Sequence record: NC_061450.1
DNA length: 64,000 nt
Direction: 5' to 3' (one strand)
The notes beneath the pieces are model-generated. The model was not told where the DNA came from, made no database searches, and was given only the letters and a program-made list of their open reading frames with translations. Below are positions 19,142 to 27,298 of this stretch, in pieces. The stretch's first letter is position 1. Each line of letters starts with the position of its first letter. The position numbers were made by a program, and so were the translations under genes.

Positions 19142-19334
19142 CAGCTTTGTCCAGAGCGGCGCGTACTAAACAGTCTTTCGCTTCAAGCAGTTTGCGAAGA
19201 CCGGCGGACTTTTCAGCACTATCAGGCAGTGTGTTGTCCATCTGAGTTGCCAGTTCACCGATAGGTCTGGATACTTCCTGCAGGAAGCCAGGCAAGTGAT
19301 CGAACTTGAAATACTTCATGATAGGACTAGGCAT
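19122..19334 (-). CDS. Small helical-hairpin protein; candidate Acb2/Tad1-like nucleotide-signal sponge
   Basis: YFKFDHLP..LQEVSRPIGELA..MDNTLPDSAEKSAGLRKLLEAKDCLVRA. The S.EKS.GL.KL.EA motif recalls Tad1 (SRENACALTHVEEA). The fold link is inference. Confidence 0.55.
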   Translation of the reverse strand: MPSPIMKYFKFDHLPGFLQEVSRPIGELATQMDNTLPDSAEKSAGLRKLLEAKDCLVRAALDKADAEKSK

Positions 19335-19752
19335 TTACAGTCTCCAGACTTTTCAAGAACAGGTTGCGTGCATTGCACAGATACTGATAAGCAAAAAACT
19401 TATCAGCACGCTCGTTAAGATCTGAGTCCAGCTTGATAACAAGCTCACTGATAGCCTGAGTCACACTGAGACTTGCGTCGGTGGTGCTATCGATTGTTGT
19501 CAGCACGTCAAACAGAGTACGGCAATCAGCCTCAGACAAGGCAGACTCTGTTTGACGACCTAGGCAATACCACAGTTGATTGCGTGCCCACAACAAACGA
19601 CTTAGGCTCTCGCGGCTGGTGGCCTGAGTTGAGTTTCGGCCGAAGTTGTCTATGATCAAACGAGCAATATTGGACATAGGCTTGATGATGCGATCACGCA
19701 CTTCATCAGTTGCAGTGCTGTCCAGATCAAACGATTCCAGATTAACTGACAT
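19327..19752 (-). CDS. Tandem two-hairpin paralogue of the adjacent 70-aa protein
   Basis: Both halves (KPMSNIARLIIDNF...SLSRLLWARNQL; QAISELVIKLDSDLNERADKFFAYQYLCNARNLF) align by eye to RPIGELATQMDNTLPDSAEKSAGLRKLLEAKDCL. Confidence 0.7.
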   Translation of the reverse strand: MSVNLESFDLDSTATDEVRDRIIKPMSNIARLIIDNFGRNSTQATSRESLSRLLWARNQLWYCLGRQTESALSEADCRTLFDVLTTIDSTTDASLSVTQAISELVIKLDSDLNERADKFFAYQYLCNARNLFLKSLETVNA

Positions 19753-19754
19753 AT

Positions 19755-19980
19755 AAGTTTACCCTGTATTTGGTGTCAACCAGATACGCACTCAAGGTGA
19801 AAGCATGAATGCGCACCAGGTTGTCTTTCCAACTGCCAGCTCGACGAGCGCCCGTCTCCCAACTGAGATAGGTATCGCCCACTGTCTTTGACCCTACTGC
19901 AAGGTTTCGTTTATCGGCTAGAGGTGTTAAGGGCACCTCAGGCTCTAAACTACAGTATGTCCAGCTGCGGATGTTATCCA
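19755..19980 (-). ncRNA. Putative structured ncRNA or leader, unit B
   Basis: Hairpins GAGGTG/CACCTC, GCTC/GAGC, GTAT.TGGT/ACCA.ATAC; shares AGCCTGAGG and a 23-mer with unit A; the overlapping 79-aa ORF has a GTG start and no SD. Confidence 0.45.
19851..19873. repeat. 23-nt direct repeat, copy 1 (cccgtctcccaactgagataggt)
   Basis: 22/23 identical to 20137..20159. Confidence 0.95.
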
Positions 19981-20019
19981 CTTATTAAGTACATTTGACA
20001 CTAGGCGAGAAAATTGAAA

Positions 20020-20430
20020 ACAGGAAAAAACTAGCCTGCGTCTTCGATGTGTACTCCGCTTGTCACCGTGAACGATTCATCATGTTTCCTACGATGTAGA
20101 CTCCTGCAAGAATCTACAAAGGGCCTCATATCGGTTCCCGTCTCCCCACTGAGATAGGTCTAACCTCCACAAGTTTTAGAGCACGCAACATGACAAGTGC
20201 TGGGAGACACTTGGACCAGGTAGCCGCGTCAATTCCTCAGGCTGTTATTGGCACTCACTTTTAAGACGTTTACTTGAACAGCGCCTTTCACAGACCAACG
20301 TCAAACCAGTTGAGAAATCTGTGTGGCTGAAACAATGCCGAACAAGTGCCGCAGGATAGAAGGCGTGGCAGACATGCCTTCAAGAGTAATCAAGCATTAG
20401 CCAGTGCGCTGAATCACTCGCTGCTACTTG
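20020..20430 (-). ncRNA. Putative structured ncRNA, unit A
   Basis: No ORF >=60 aa on either strand; dense hairpins GAAGGC/GCCTTC, CACAGA/TCTGTG, AAGTG/CACTT, TGTAGA/TCTACA; preceded by a terminator and TGTAAATA; ends near a T-run. Confidence 0.5.
20137..20159. repeat. 23-nt direct repeat, copy 2 (cccgtctccccactgagataggt)
   Basis: 22/23 identical to 19851..19873. Confidence 0.95.
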
Positions 20431-20442
20431 CTATCTAATTAA

Positions 20443-20450
20443 TATTTACA
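20443..20450 (-). promoter_or_regulatory. T4-late-like promoter TGTAAATA
   Basis: One mismatch from T4 TATAAATA; the same octamer occurs at 51260..51267, upstream of the ligase. Confidence 0.4.
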
Positions 20451-20464
20451 GATTTATCTGAAAC

Positions 20465-20501
20465 AAAAATGGGGCAAGAAAAATAAATATTTTCCGCCCC
20501 A
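20465..20501 (-). terminator. Rho-independent terminator
   Basis: TGGGGC...GCCCCA-TTTTT after the 591-aa gene. Confidence 0.75.
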
Positions 20502-20506
20502 CTCGG

Positions 20507-22282
20507 TTAGAACATAGATTTACGCACTACGTTGTTATACAGCACATCGTACGGGCTGCCAAACAGTTCTGGACCACGTTGAGCACGCACAGTAACCATG
20601 CCGGTGTGGATGTTGATATTGGTGATTTCAACAGTAGGCTGCTTGGGCTTGATAGTCTCATACGCAGGACTGTTGAGCGTAGGCTGTTCAGCCACCAGCC
20701 GTTCAATGCTTGCACGCTGTTCCGCAGTTGGATTAGGCAGCTTGAAGCGAATCTCTGCGACCTTGTTGCCTCTGACTGAGGTTACTTTGCCACGCATATC
20801 AACGCCCTGTTGAACCAGGTAAGCAGCAATGCGGCGCGAGCCAGCAACAACACGATCATACAGGTCATCGGTCATAACAGGAGCAGCAAAGCGAATCGCA
20901 TTACCCGGCTGCTGTTCAGATAGGTGCAGGCCAGTAACAAAGAAGCCTTCGCTGATAAGACGTACCAGAGTTTCGACAATCTTGCCTTCGTTCTCTGCAA
21001 TGGCAGGCACAGTAAGTTCCGGCGCACCAGTAGCAGGCTCGACATACTCAGGAGCCTCATAGCCTTCTGCACCAGCTACCTGCATACCAACTTGTTGAGC
21101 ACGCGGATAAGCTGAACGCAACAGACCACTAGCGCGAATGATAATGCGACCGTCACGAGCAAGGTCAAACAGTTCATCATTGCTAGAGGTCTGGAACATG
21201 AAGTAATCAACCGGGCTGGTCATCGCGCTGATAGCACGACGGGCCTGTTCCTGTACCTGAGCCGCTGTTGAGCCAAACACGATACGACTGCGGTTTGGAG
21301 TTGCAGGACTGACAGCAAAGAACGCACCGTAAACAACGCTCAGAGACTTGCTGCCTTTGAGTGGTGCAACGCTTTTGGCTTTCTTAGCATTCTCCAGCTT
21401 AGGCAGTTTGATGCCTACTTCGCGGCCTTTGGCGATAGCGCGTGGACTTGTCTGTGCTTTGACTGAGGCAAGAATCTTATCAAGATCACCTTGGCTAACA
21501 ATCTTCTCAAGAGGCACAACCAGGTTCTGCGCAAGATAGTGGCGCTTGCGGAACATGTACACGGAAGTGCCTTTCTTGATTTGCAGAGGCTGTGCCATGT
21601 TGCGACTGACTTCGCCTACAGGTTCAAACGTTGCTTCACGATTAGCACCAACACAGCCAAACGCTTTAGGCCAATCAGACTGTCCGATGAGGTTGGCTGC
21701 ACGCACATGACCACGCACAACAAACTTGATCTTGGGTTCGTCATGCGTAACCAGTTCATAGCTATCACGGTTGAGATACGTCAGGCTGAACTTCTCGCCT
21801 TTGGTCAGTTCCAGTTCGTACTCATCATGAGCATCATCAATGGTCATGCGACGACCTTGATACGTTGCCCACGTGCGTGTTGCTGATTCACTGGCAATCA
21901 ACATCTTGCCAGTAACGTCACTGCTGGTGGTTGCGTAATCGATAGCAGCCTGCAGGACGTCGCGACGATCAACAACTGGCAGAGCGGTGCGTTGTGGATG
22001 CAAGGCGATGTGAACAGCCTTTGACGCAGACATAAACGCAGTCTGTCCATTGTCCAACGTACCAGCAAACTTCATGCCGCTGAGGCGCTCAATAGTTGCA
22101 GCACTCACGCTTGGAAAGTTAACAAAGTCACCAGGAACAAACTCACGGACTTCGCCGTTGCCCCATGCATAAGCGGCTGTAGCGCTTAGTCCCACATACA
22201 TATCTTTAACGCGACTGATGGTATTCACTACAATCCCGAGATCGCGATGAAGACGATTGCCTTCCTTTTTAATCAGAGCCAT
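20507..22282 (-). CDS. Hypothetical protein, probably virion-internal; contains the shared W..(Y/F).G.R domain
   Basis: Long ORF with RBS; internal domain aligns with 35295..35975 and 51271..53148; GLSA at residues 31-34. Confidence 0.75.
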   Translation of the reverse strand: MALIKKEGNRLHRDLGIVVNTISRVKDMYVGLSATAAYAWGNGEVREFVPGDFVNFPSVSAATIERLSGMKFAGTLDNGQTAFMSASKAVHIALHPQRTALPVVDRRDVLQAAIDYATTSSDVTGKMLIASESATRTWATYQGRRMTIDDAHDEYELELTKGEKFSLTYLNRDSYELVTHDEPKIKFVVRGHVRAANLIGQSDWPKAFGCVGANREATFEPVGEVSRNMAQPLQIKKGTSVYMFRKRHYLAQNLVVPLEKIVSQGDLDKILASVKAQTSPRAIAKGREVGIKLPKLENAKKAKSVAPLKGSKSLSVVYGAFFAVSPATPNRSRIVFGSTAAQVQEQARRAISAMTSPVDYFMFQTSSNDELFDLARDGRIIIRASGLLRSAYPRAQQVGMQVAGAEGYEAPEYVEPATGAPELTVPAIAENEGKIVETLVRLISEGFFVTGLHLSEQQPGNAIRFAAPVMTDDLYDRVVAGSRRIAAYLVQQGVDMRGKVTSVRGNKVAEIRFKLPNPTAEQRASIERLVAEQPTLNSPAYETIKPKQPTVEITNINIHTGMVTVRAQRGPELFGSPYDVLYNNVVRKSMF

Positions 22283-22293
22283 GTTGCTTTTTC

Positions 22294-22728
22294 CTACAGT
22301 GATACAGGATTGAAAGAGTGACGACGTAACAAGTCCAAGTTACCAAGCATCAAATTGTATGCCTGAGTGCCAAATGAGGCAAGTAACTCTTCCGGTACCA
22401 ATGAGCCAAAGTACAGGCTGTTGGGAACGCGCGTCGTGATTTCTGTTGCAAAACTTTTAAGAGGGTTGGGCACAATGAATACCCAAGGCTCGGCAATAAA
22501 CTTTCCAGAACGCTGTTGAATGCGATAGCCTACAGCCACTCGTTGTTGTTCAGCAGGAACATAAGAAAAGATGTCCGTGCGCTGGCGTAATTCTTTGGTG
22601 CAAGTGAAAAACGCCATTGTGCGAAGTCGTTGCTCAAACTGAGGGATGTAGCCACTGTCCGAGCAAACTCTTTTCATTACTCGTTCTTGCTGCTCAGGCG
22701 TTGCTTGTCCGAACAGGTTGAGATTCAT
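22294..22728 (-). CDS. Hypothetical protein
   Basis: ORF in an operon with tmk. Confidence 0.7.
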   Translation of the reverse strand: MNLNLFGQATPEQQERVMKRVCSDSGYIPQFEQRLRTMAFFTCTKELRQRTDIFSYVPAEQQRVAVGYRIQQRSGKFIAEPWVFIVPNPLKSFATEITTRVPNSLYFGSLVPEELLASFGTQAYNLMLGNLDLLRRHSFNPVSL

Positions 22729-23356
22729 TAAAGATATATCCTAAGATTTGGCGAGTAACATCGCTGACGGATAAGTTGTCTGTGTTGATAACCAAATCAT
22801 ATCCACCAGGGACTTGGGTGTATCGATTACGCATTTCGTTGAACTTTTCTTCTGTGAGACGTTGTTCAATGCGGTCAGCAAAGCCTTCACGCTGCTTGCG
22901 ACGTTCACAGGAAACATCATAACTCACGTCCAACAGAATACTGAGGCGAGACTGCGGTGCCAGCATCTGCCAAGTGTTCTCATACACCTGCTCTGTCTGA
23001 CTATCGCACACCTGATAGGCAAACGTTGAAGGAAAGCCTCGGTCAGCGATAACAAACGTGTCGGGCTGCGCTTCAATGAGGCGTTTCACACAGGCCATGC
23101 TTTGCGTGCGTGCCGCCAACAGCATAAACATTTCAGCAAGAGGTGTAATCTCCTCACTCTCACTGAGGCGAAGATAGTCCGTGCCCAATATCACACTACG
23201 AAGATGCTCGGCGATAGGAGTACCGCCTGGTTCACGCATACGAACAACATTCTTACGGCGCTTTTGCAGTATCTCAGCAAGAGCGGTAGCTGCGGTTGTC
23301 TTGCCGGAACCGTCCGGGCCTTCGACAAGAATATAATTGGGCTGTTTTTGAATCAT
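22694..23356 (-). CDS. tmk: Thymidylate (dTMP) kinase
   Basis: P-loop ILVEGPDGSGKTT; REPGGT; LLAAR; ADRGFPSTFAYQ. Confidence 0.95.
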   Translation of the reverse strand: MIQKQPNYILVEGPDGSGKTTAATALAEILQKRRKNVVRMREPGGTPIAEHLRSVILGTDYLRLSESEEITPLAEMFMLLAARTQSMACVKRLIEAQPDTFVIADRGFPSTFAYQVCDSQTEQVYENTWQMLAPQSRLSILLDVSYDVSCERRKQREGFADRIEQRLTEEKFNEMRNRYTQVPGGYDLVINTDNLSVSDVTRQILGYIFNESQPVRTSNA

Positions 23357-23378
23357 GGAAGAATCCCACTAATAAAAG

Positions 23379-23870
23379 TTAACTAAAACGTCCACCACGC
23401 CATGCACATTTGATCAGCATACGCGCTAGGACTTCATTTTTCATTTTTGTGCGCCGAGCATTGGAACGTACGGCTGCGTTGCCCCGCGCATCGATAACAA
23501 TCAGACCGCAGCTATGGCCTTCGATTGCTTCGAGTATCTTTGTACCGTGTGTGGCAAAAAGAGTTTCGTCAATTGCGAAGTACATCCGCATACAGAATGG
23601 CTTGTAGTTCTGCCACTTCTTGTCTGTTTTGAAATCCTGCCAGCAGCTTTTTACTTCCGTGATTACTGTATCACTTTTGGTATTGAGGCAGAACACGTCA
23701 GCACGTAGATGGCCACGCTTTTTCAGTCCCAACTCAATATGACAGGAGTAGCGCTTTCCAATCCAGTATTGAACAACGGCCTCCGTAATGAAAGCCGTTT
23801 TATCAGGTCTGCTCAACGATAGGAAATCTACTTGCGACGGTCTAACATAAGTCCGTCGTCTTAGTCCCAT
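23379..23870 (-). CDS. mmcB: MmcB-family PD-(D/E)XK nuclease / DNA repair protein
   Basis: ELGL....RADV.......ITEVKS...DFKTD.KW.NY..FC.R.YFA. Confidence 0.8.
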   Translation of the reverse strand: MGLRRRTYVRPSQVDFLSLSRPDKTAFITEAVVQYWIGKRYSCHIELGLKKRGHLRADVFCLNTKSDTVITEVKSCWQDFKTDKKWQNYKPFCMRMYFAIDETLFATHGTKILEAIEGHSCGLIVIDARGNAAVRSNARRTKMKNEVLARMLIKCAWRGGRFS

Positions 23871-23874
23871 GCTG

Positions 23875-24333
23875 CTATCCTATGGTGCGACGATTCAACA
23901 GCTTGATGGCACGCTTGAGAATCGGATGGAAACCTTTGTCGATCTTACGCAGGGCCTTATCAACTTCAAACCACTTGCGCTCACGCAGGTTGACTTCCAT
24001 GTAACTGTCTTTGAGACGTTTAACCTGCATCAAATACCAAGTTACATGTTGGTCACGACCGGTGCTGCCTTTGGTATATTCGCTGGTCATAACGAACTCT
24101 TCCGGCTTGCCAATCGCACCTGCTTCTTCGTCAGCTTCTTTGAGAGCTGAGGCAATCAGACTAAGATGAGGTTCTTTGCCACCCTTAGGTAATCCCCAAT
24201 TACGCGCATGTTTTGTGCGTATCATGAGGATTTCAATCTCGCCTGATTCCATGTTGAGACGATATGGAATAACACCGCTTTGGATTCGAGGCATCTGCGT
24301 CTTTTTCGCAGACAATGATACGCGCAGTTTCAT
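23875..24333 (-). CDS. NUDIX hydrolase (Ap4A/DIPP-like)
   Basis: QSGVIPYR; WGLPKGGKE....ASALKEADEEAG Nudix box; E...R.RKW. Confidence 0.9.
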   Translation of the reverse strand: MKLRVSLSAKKTQMPRIQSGVIPYRLNMESGEIEILMIRTKHARNWGLPKGGKEPHLSLIASALKEADEEAGAIGKPEEFVMTSEYTKGSTGRDQHVTWYLMQVKRLKDSYMEVNLRERKWFEVDKALRKIDKGFHPILKRAIKLLNRRTIG

Positions 24334-24845
24334 TACAGGGTATCTCCCGCACGGGCTGAGTCTTGATGCCAGTTAAGACTGTTATCAATCCAGTAGCCAT
24401 TGTCTTTGAGCACCTGCACCGCATCGGTGTAGCTAACGCTGCCGAGGAACTCATACAGTACAGGCATGCCCTGAGGCTTACCGTAAGAGGCGTACACGTT
24501 GGGCGCATAGCTCAGTCGGCTGCCTTCGTATGGGTCATAGATAAGATTGCCCTGCTGATCAGTAATGATAGCATTGCATGCTTGACTGTTGCCCAAGATG
24601 GAAATCACGTGGTTTGGATTGCGTCCATAGTCACGTTGAATATATTGAGCACAGTCAGCAAACGGACGAGCCAGCACAGCGGCCCGCGAAGATTCAGCAC
24701 GATAGGCTTGCTCAATGACAGGACGGGCACCGGTGAGATTCATAGCGCCAGCAACTACCATCACAGCAAGATCGTTGGGTTCGATCTGAGTAGGGAAGAA
24801 GTCTGTTCCCCACGCACTGTTCAGACTTAACATGGTGTTCTCCAC
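24333..24845 (-). CDS. Hypothetical protein
   Basis: GGAG RBS; promoter motif upstream; coupled to the NUDIX gene. Confidence 0.75.
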   Translation of the reverse strand: MENTMLSLNSAWGTDFFPTQIEPNDLAVMVVAGAMNLTGARPVIEQAYRAESSRAAVLARPFADCAQYIQRDYGRNPNHVISILGNSQACNAIITDQQGNLIYDPYEGSRLSYAPNVYASYGKPQGMPVLYEFLGSVSYTDAVQVLKDNGYWIDNSLNWHQDSARAGDTL

Positions 24846-24850
24846 AAGTT

Positions 24851-24870
24851 ATTAACGCTTAGAAATTAGC
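24851..24870 (-). promoter_or_regulatory. Putative phage late promoter GCTAATTTCTAAGCGTTAAT
   Basis: Identical to 11313..11332. Confidence 0.6.
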
Positions 24871-25192
24871 GTCGTTCGAGTCTCTTCTCGGGACAGTTGA
24901 CTACCTGTTCACGCTTCGTGTAAAAGCTTGGTGGAGCCTTGCCTATCACGATACCCAAGTGGCAGGGAATGCGCAACTGCATGGAGAAATTGAGACTGAT
25001 GCCACGACAATGATCCCTGAACTGTTCTGCAAAATCACCCATCAGCCACAGGCAGTGTCCGTAATATGGACGTCCTGCCTTGGCCTGAGTACGCACGATA
25101 AGATCGCGCACGTTTAACACTTCTGTTATAGAAGGTGCTTTACCGCAATAAACATCAACATTAAGCATCTTCGTTAATAAGGGCTTGCCCAT
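24866..25192 (-). CDS. Hypothetical protein
   Basis: ORF contiguous within the operon. Confidence 0.6.
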   Translation of the reverse strand: MGKPLLTKMLNVDVYCGKAPSITEVLNVRDLIVRTQAKAGRPYYGHCLWLMGDFAEQFRDHCRGISLNFSMQLRIPCHLGIVIGKAPPSFYTKREQVVNCPEKRLERR

Positions 25193-25808
25193 TTATGGCT
25201 CCTGCTTGAAGCACAATGCCCTTGATGAAGTATGGACTAAAGCCTCTGTTCTTTGTACTGCGATCAACTTCGACCAGAGGTGCGGCATCAGCAATCTCTA
25301 TGCGCTTGTCCAGCACGACGTTTTGCGGTACATCCTGTTTGTCTGTCAGGACTTCGTAGCCAACAAGTGCACCACGATCGAGGTCAAACATCTGACAACG
25401 CCGCATCTTGCTCACGCCAATTTGTAAGCTGCGCAGGATGGATTTGTTATCGTCTGAGTGGCACGAATATGCCTCAACATTACAACTAAACAGAGCGCTC
25501 AAATGCATAGACAAGGCATCGGCGATAACACTAAATTCGGACAGGTCTTGGCTGACAATATCGATACCAATACCATGATGTGGGAAACTCACATGCTTGA
25601 ACTGTGCGATACCTGCCACGCTATCGATCAACATTTCTTGGTCAAAGAAAGCAAACACATGCGCGGCAAGGTGCTGCTGAATATTTACAAGTTTCTCGGG
25701 GCTGTCTGCCAAATCCGTGAAGCCTACAGTAAATTCCATGTTACGGACATGCGGCCAGCCGTCTTCGATATAGGTGACGCGCCGCTGAAAGGTATGCACT
25801 GTTCTCAT
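25161..25808 (-). CDS. Hypothetical protein (weak QueD/T-fold resemblance)
   Basis: ATGA overlap with the upstream gene; FAFFDQEMLID is loosely like QueD LDHxxLND. Confidence 0.65.
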   Translation of the reverse strand: MRTVHTFQRRVTYIEDGWPHVRNMEFTVGFTDLADSPEKLVNIQQHLAAHVFAFFDQEMLIDSVAGIAQFKHVSFPHHGIGIDIVSQDLSEFSVIADALSMHLSALFSCNVEAYSCHSDDNKSILRSLQIGVSKMRRCQMFDLDRGALVGYEVLTDKQDVPQNVVLDKRIEIADAAPLVEVDRSTKNRGFSPYFIKGIVLQAGAINGQALINEDA

Positions 25809-26500
25809 TTTGTGAGCACCACGTTGCGGAAAATGCCATACGTTGAAAAATAAGACTTCAACGCAGTATAGTCAAGGTTGTATGTGTCAGGCTGATTCAC
25901 AACATACAGGCGATTACCACTCACTGTAGCATTGCCTTTGCTGCGATTCACAATCACACATTTGCGGTCCATGCGAACTGCATCGGTCAGCATGATACCA
26001 CTACGCCACAATCCGTTGTGCAGAATTTCAATAACAGGTGTTTCGACAAACACAGGAGTGACCATGCCGAAAGGTTCCTGCGCCTCAATCCAGTCTGCTT
26101 CTGGCAAGTCTTGAGGAATGATCTCAAATTCAAAGCCAGTTGCCAACAAGGTTGTTAAGTGGTTGTGCGTGCGGAAGTATTCTTCCACAGAACAACAGAT
26201 GCAACTATAATCATGCTCCACAGAAGCACGAACGCGTTTGATCATTTGCAGATCAAGCGCAAAGCCGTCAATGCTTACATAGTCGCTGACCAGAGTCTTG
26301 CGCGGCTCCTGTACTTCAACATCTTCATCGTCCATACAAAAGAACATGTAGCTGTTGAGCATAGAGGCACGTTGGAAAAAATCTTCAATTGCAGGTAAAT
26401 GGTCAGTCGTGCCTTGAGCGACAATCACGGCAGACGTGACAAAAGGAACTCCTCCATCCATGTGAGTAATAAGTATCTGCTTTTGTGCAGTGGCTTGCAT
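25805..26500 (-). CDS. Hypothetical protein
   Basis: TAAGGA RBS; follows the spike gene. Confidence 0.75.
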   Translation of the reverse strand: MQATAQKQILITHMDGGVPFVTSAVIVAQGTTDHLPAIEDFFQRASMLNSYMFFCMDDEDVEVQEPRKTLVSDYVSIDGFALDLQMIKRVRASVEHDYSCICCSVEEYFRTHNHLTTLLATGFEFEIIPQDLPEADWIEAQEPFGMVTPVFVETPVIEILHNGLWRSGIMLTDAVRMDRKCVIVNRSKGNATVSGNRLYVVNQPDTYNLDYTALKSYFSTYGIFRNVVLTK

Positions 26501-26509
26501 GGTTGTTCC

Positions 26510-27298
26510 TTAGTTGAGGTTGATTACTTGACCGTTAGCTTTGATTTCACCACCAGCAGTAGTTTCGATATCGCGTTTAACTTTGAGGGTATCACGGCCA
26601 TTTACGGTCACATGGCGATCACCCTCAACAATAACTGTCTGGTTGCCTTTGACGTGCAGATACTGATTACCTGCATCACCTTTAGCTTTGCCCAAGAACT
26701 TGATACGCTTGGCAGGGCTGGCCTTCAATTTGCCTGCTGTCATTGCAGGATCATTGAGAATATAGTCTGGAATATCTGACTTGTTGCCTGTAACCACAAG
26801 GCTCTGATTACCGACAATGGTCTGCGTTACATCACCAAAGATGGTTTGATTGTAGTCGCCGCTGAGAATCAAGAACGTCTCACGGGTCTTGCGATCAATG
26901 ATCATCTGAGTGCCTGTTGATAGCTGTATCACGATGCGGTGAGGATAGTTAATCAACGACGCAGGCAGTTGTTCTGCTTCTGTAGGACGAGCATGGCCGC
27001 TGTACTGACCTTCGTACAATTCACCTGTAGGGAAGTTGACTGTGACACGACTTCCTCTGACAGGAACGCTGAACATGCCAAACGCATTGACTTGGCTGCC
27101 GCCCAGATATCCTTCCAGATGGCGAATATGAGGACGCAACCACGGCAGGTTTTCATCTTCAACATCGTCCATCAGTCCTTTGATGCGCACTTTGACTTGG
27201 CTTATACGCTGGGGATCGTTGTTGTCGATAACAACCCCTTCGTAGTCCATGAATCGATCAATCCCTTTCTTGCTCACGTTATCATTCAATGGAATCAT
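26510..27298 (-). CDS. Baseplate central spike, gp5/VgrG-like (OB fold plus beta-helix, no lysozyme)
   Basis: YEGVVIDNNDP...VKVRI.GL...LPW; repeated V.GN.T..V.G beta-helix. Confidence 0.85.
   Translation of the reverse strand: MIPLNDNVSKKGIDRFMDYEGVVIDNNDPQRISQVKVRIKGLMDDVEDENLPWLRPHIRHLEGYLGGSQVNAFGMFSVPVRGSRVTVNFPTGELYEGQYSGHARPTEAEQLPASLINYPHRIVIQLSTGTQMIIDRKTRETFLILSGDYNQTIFGDVTQTIVGNQSLVVTGNKSDIPDYILNDPAMTAGKLKASPAKRIKFLGKAKGDAGNQYLHVKGNQTVIVEGDRHVTVNGRDTLKVKRDIETTAGGEIKANGQVINLN

Noticed and set aside
19742-19981. 79-aa ORF as a protein-coding gene
   Set aside because: GTG start with no Shine-Dalgarno; its most conserved segment recurs upstream outside any ORF. Not fully excluded.
19851-20159. 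23-nt repeat pair as a mini-CRISPR or guide array
   Set aside because: Only two copies, 286 nt apart; no regular spacers and no cas or other nuclease gene nearby
20228-20243. CTGAGGA resembling the hammerhead ribozyme core CUGANGA
   Set aside because: No GAAA after a stem II, and the paralogous copy reads CTGAGGT
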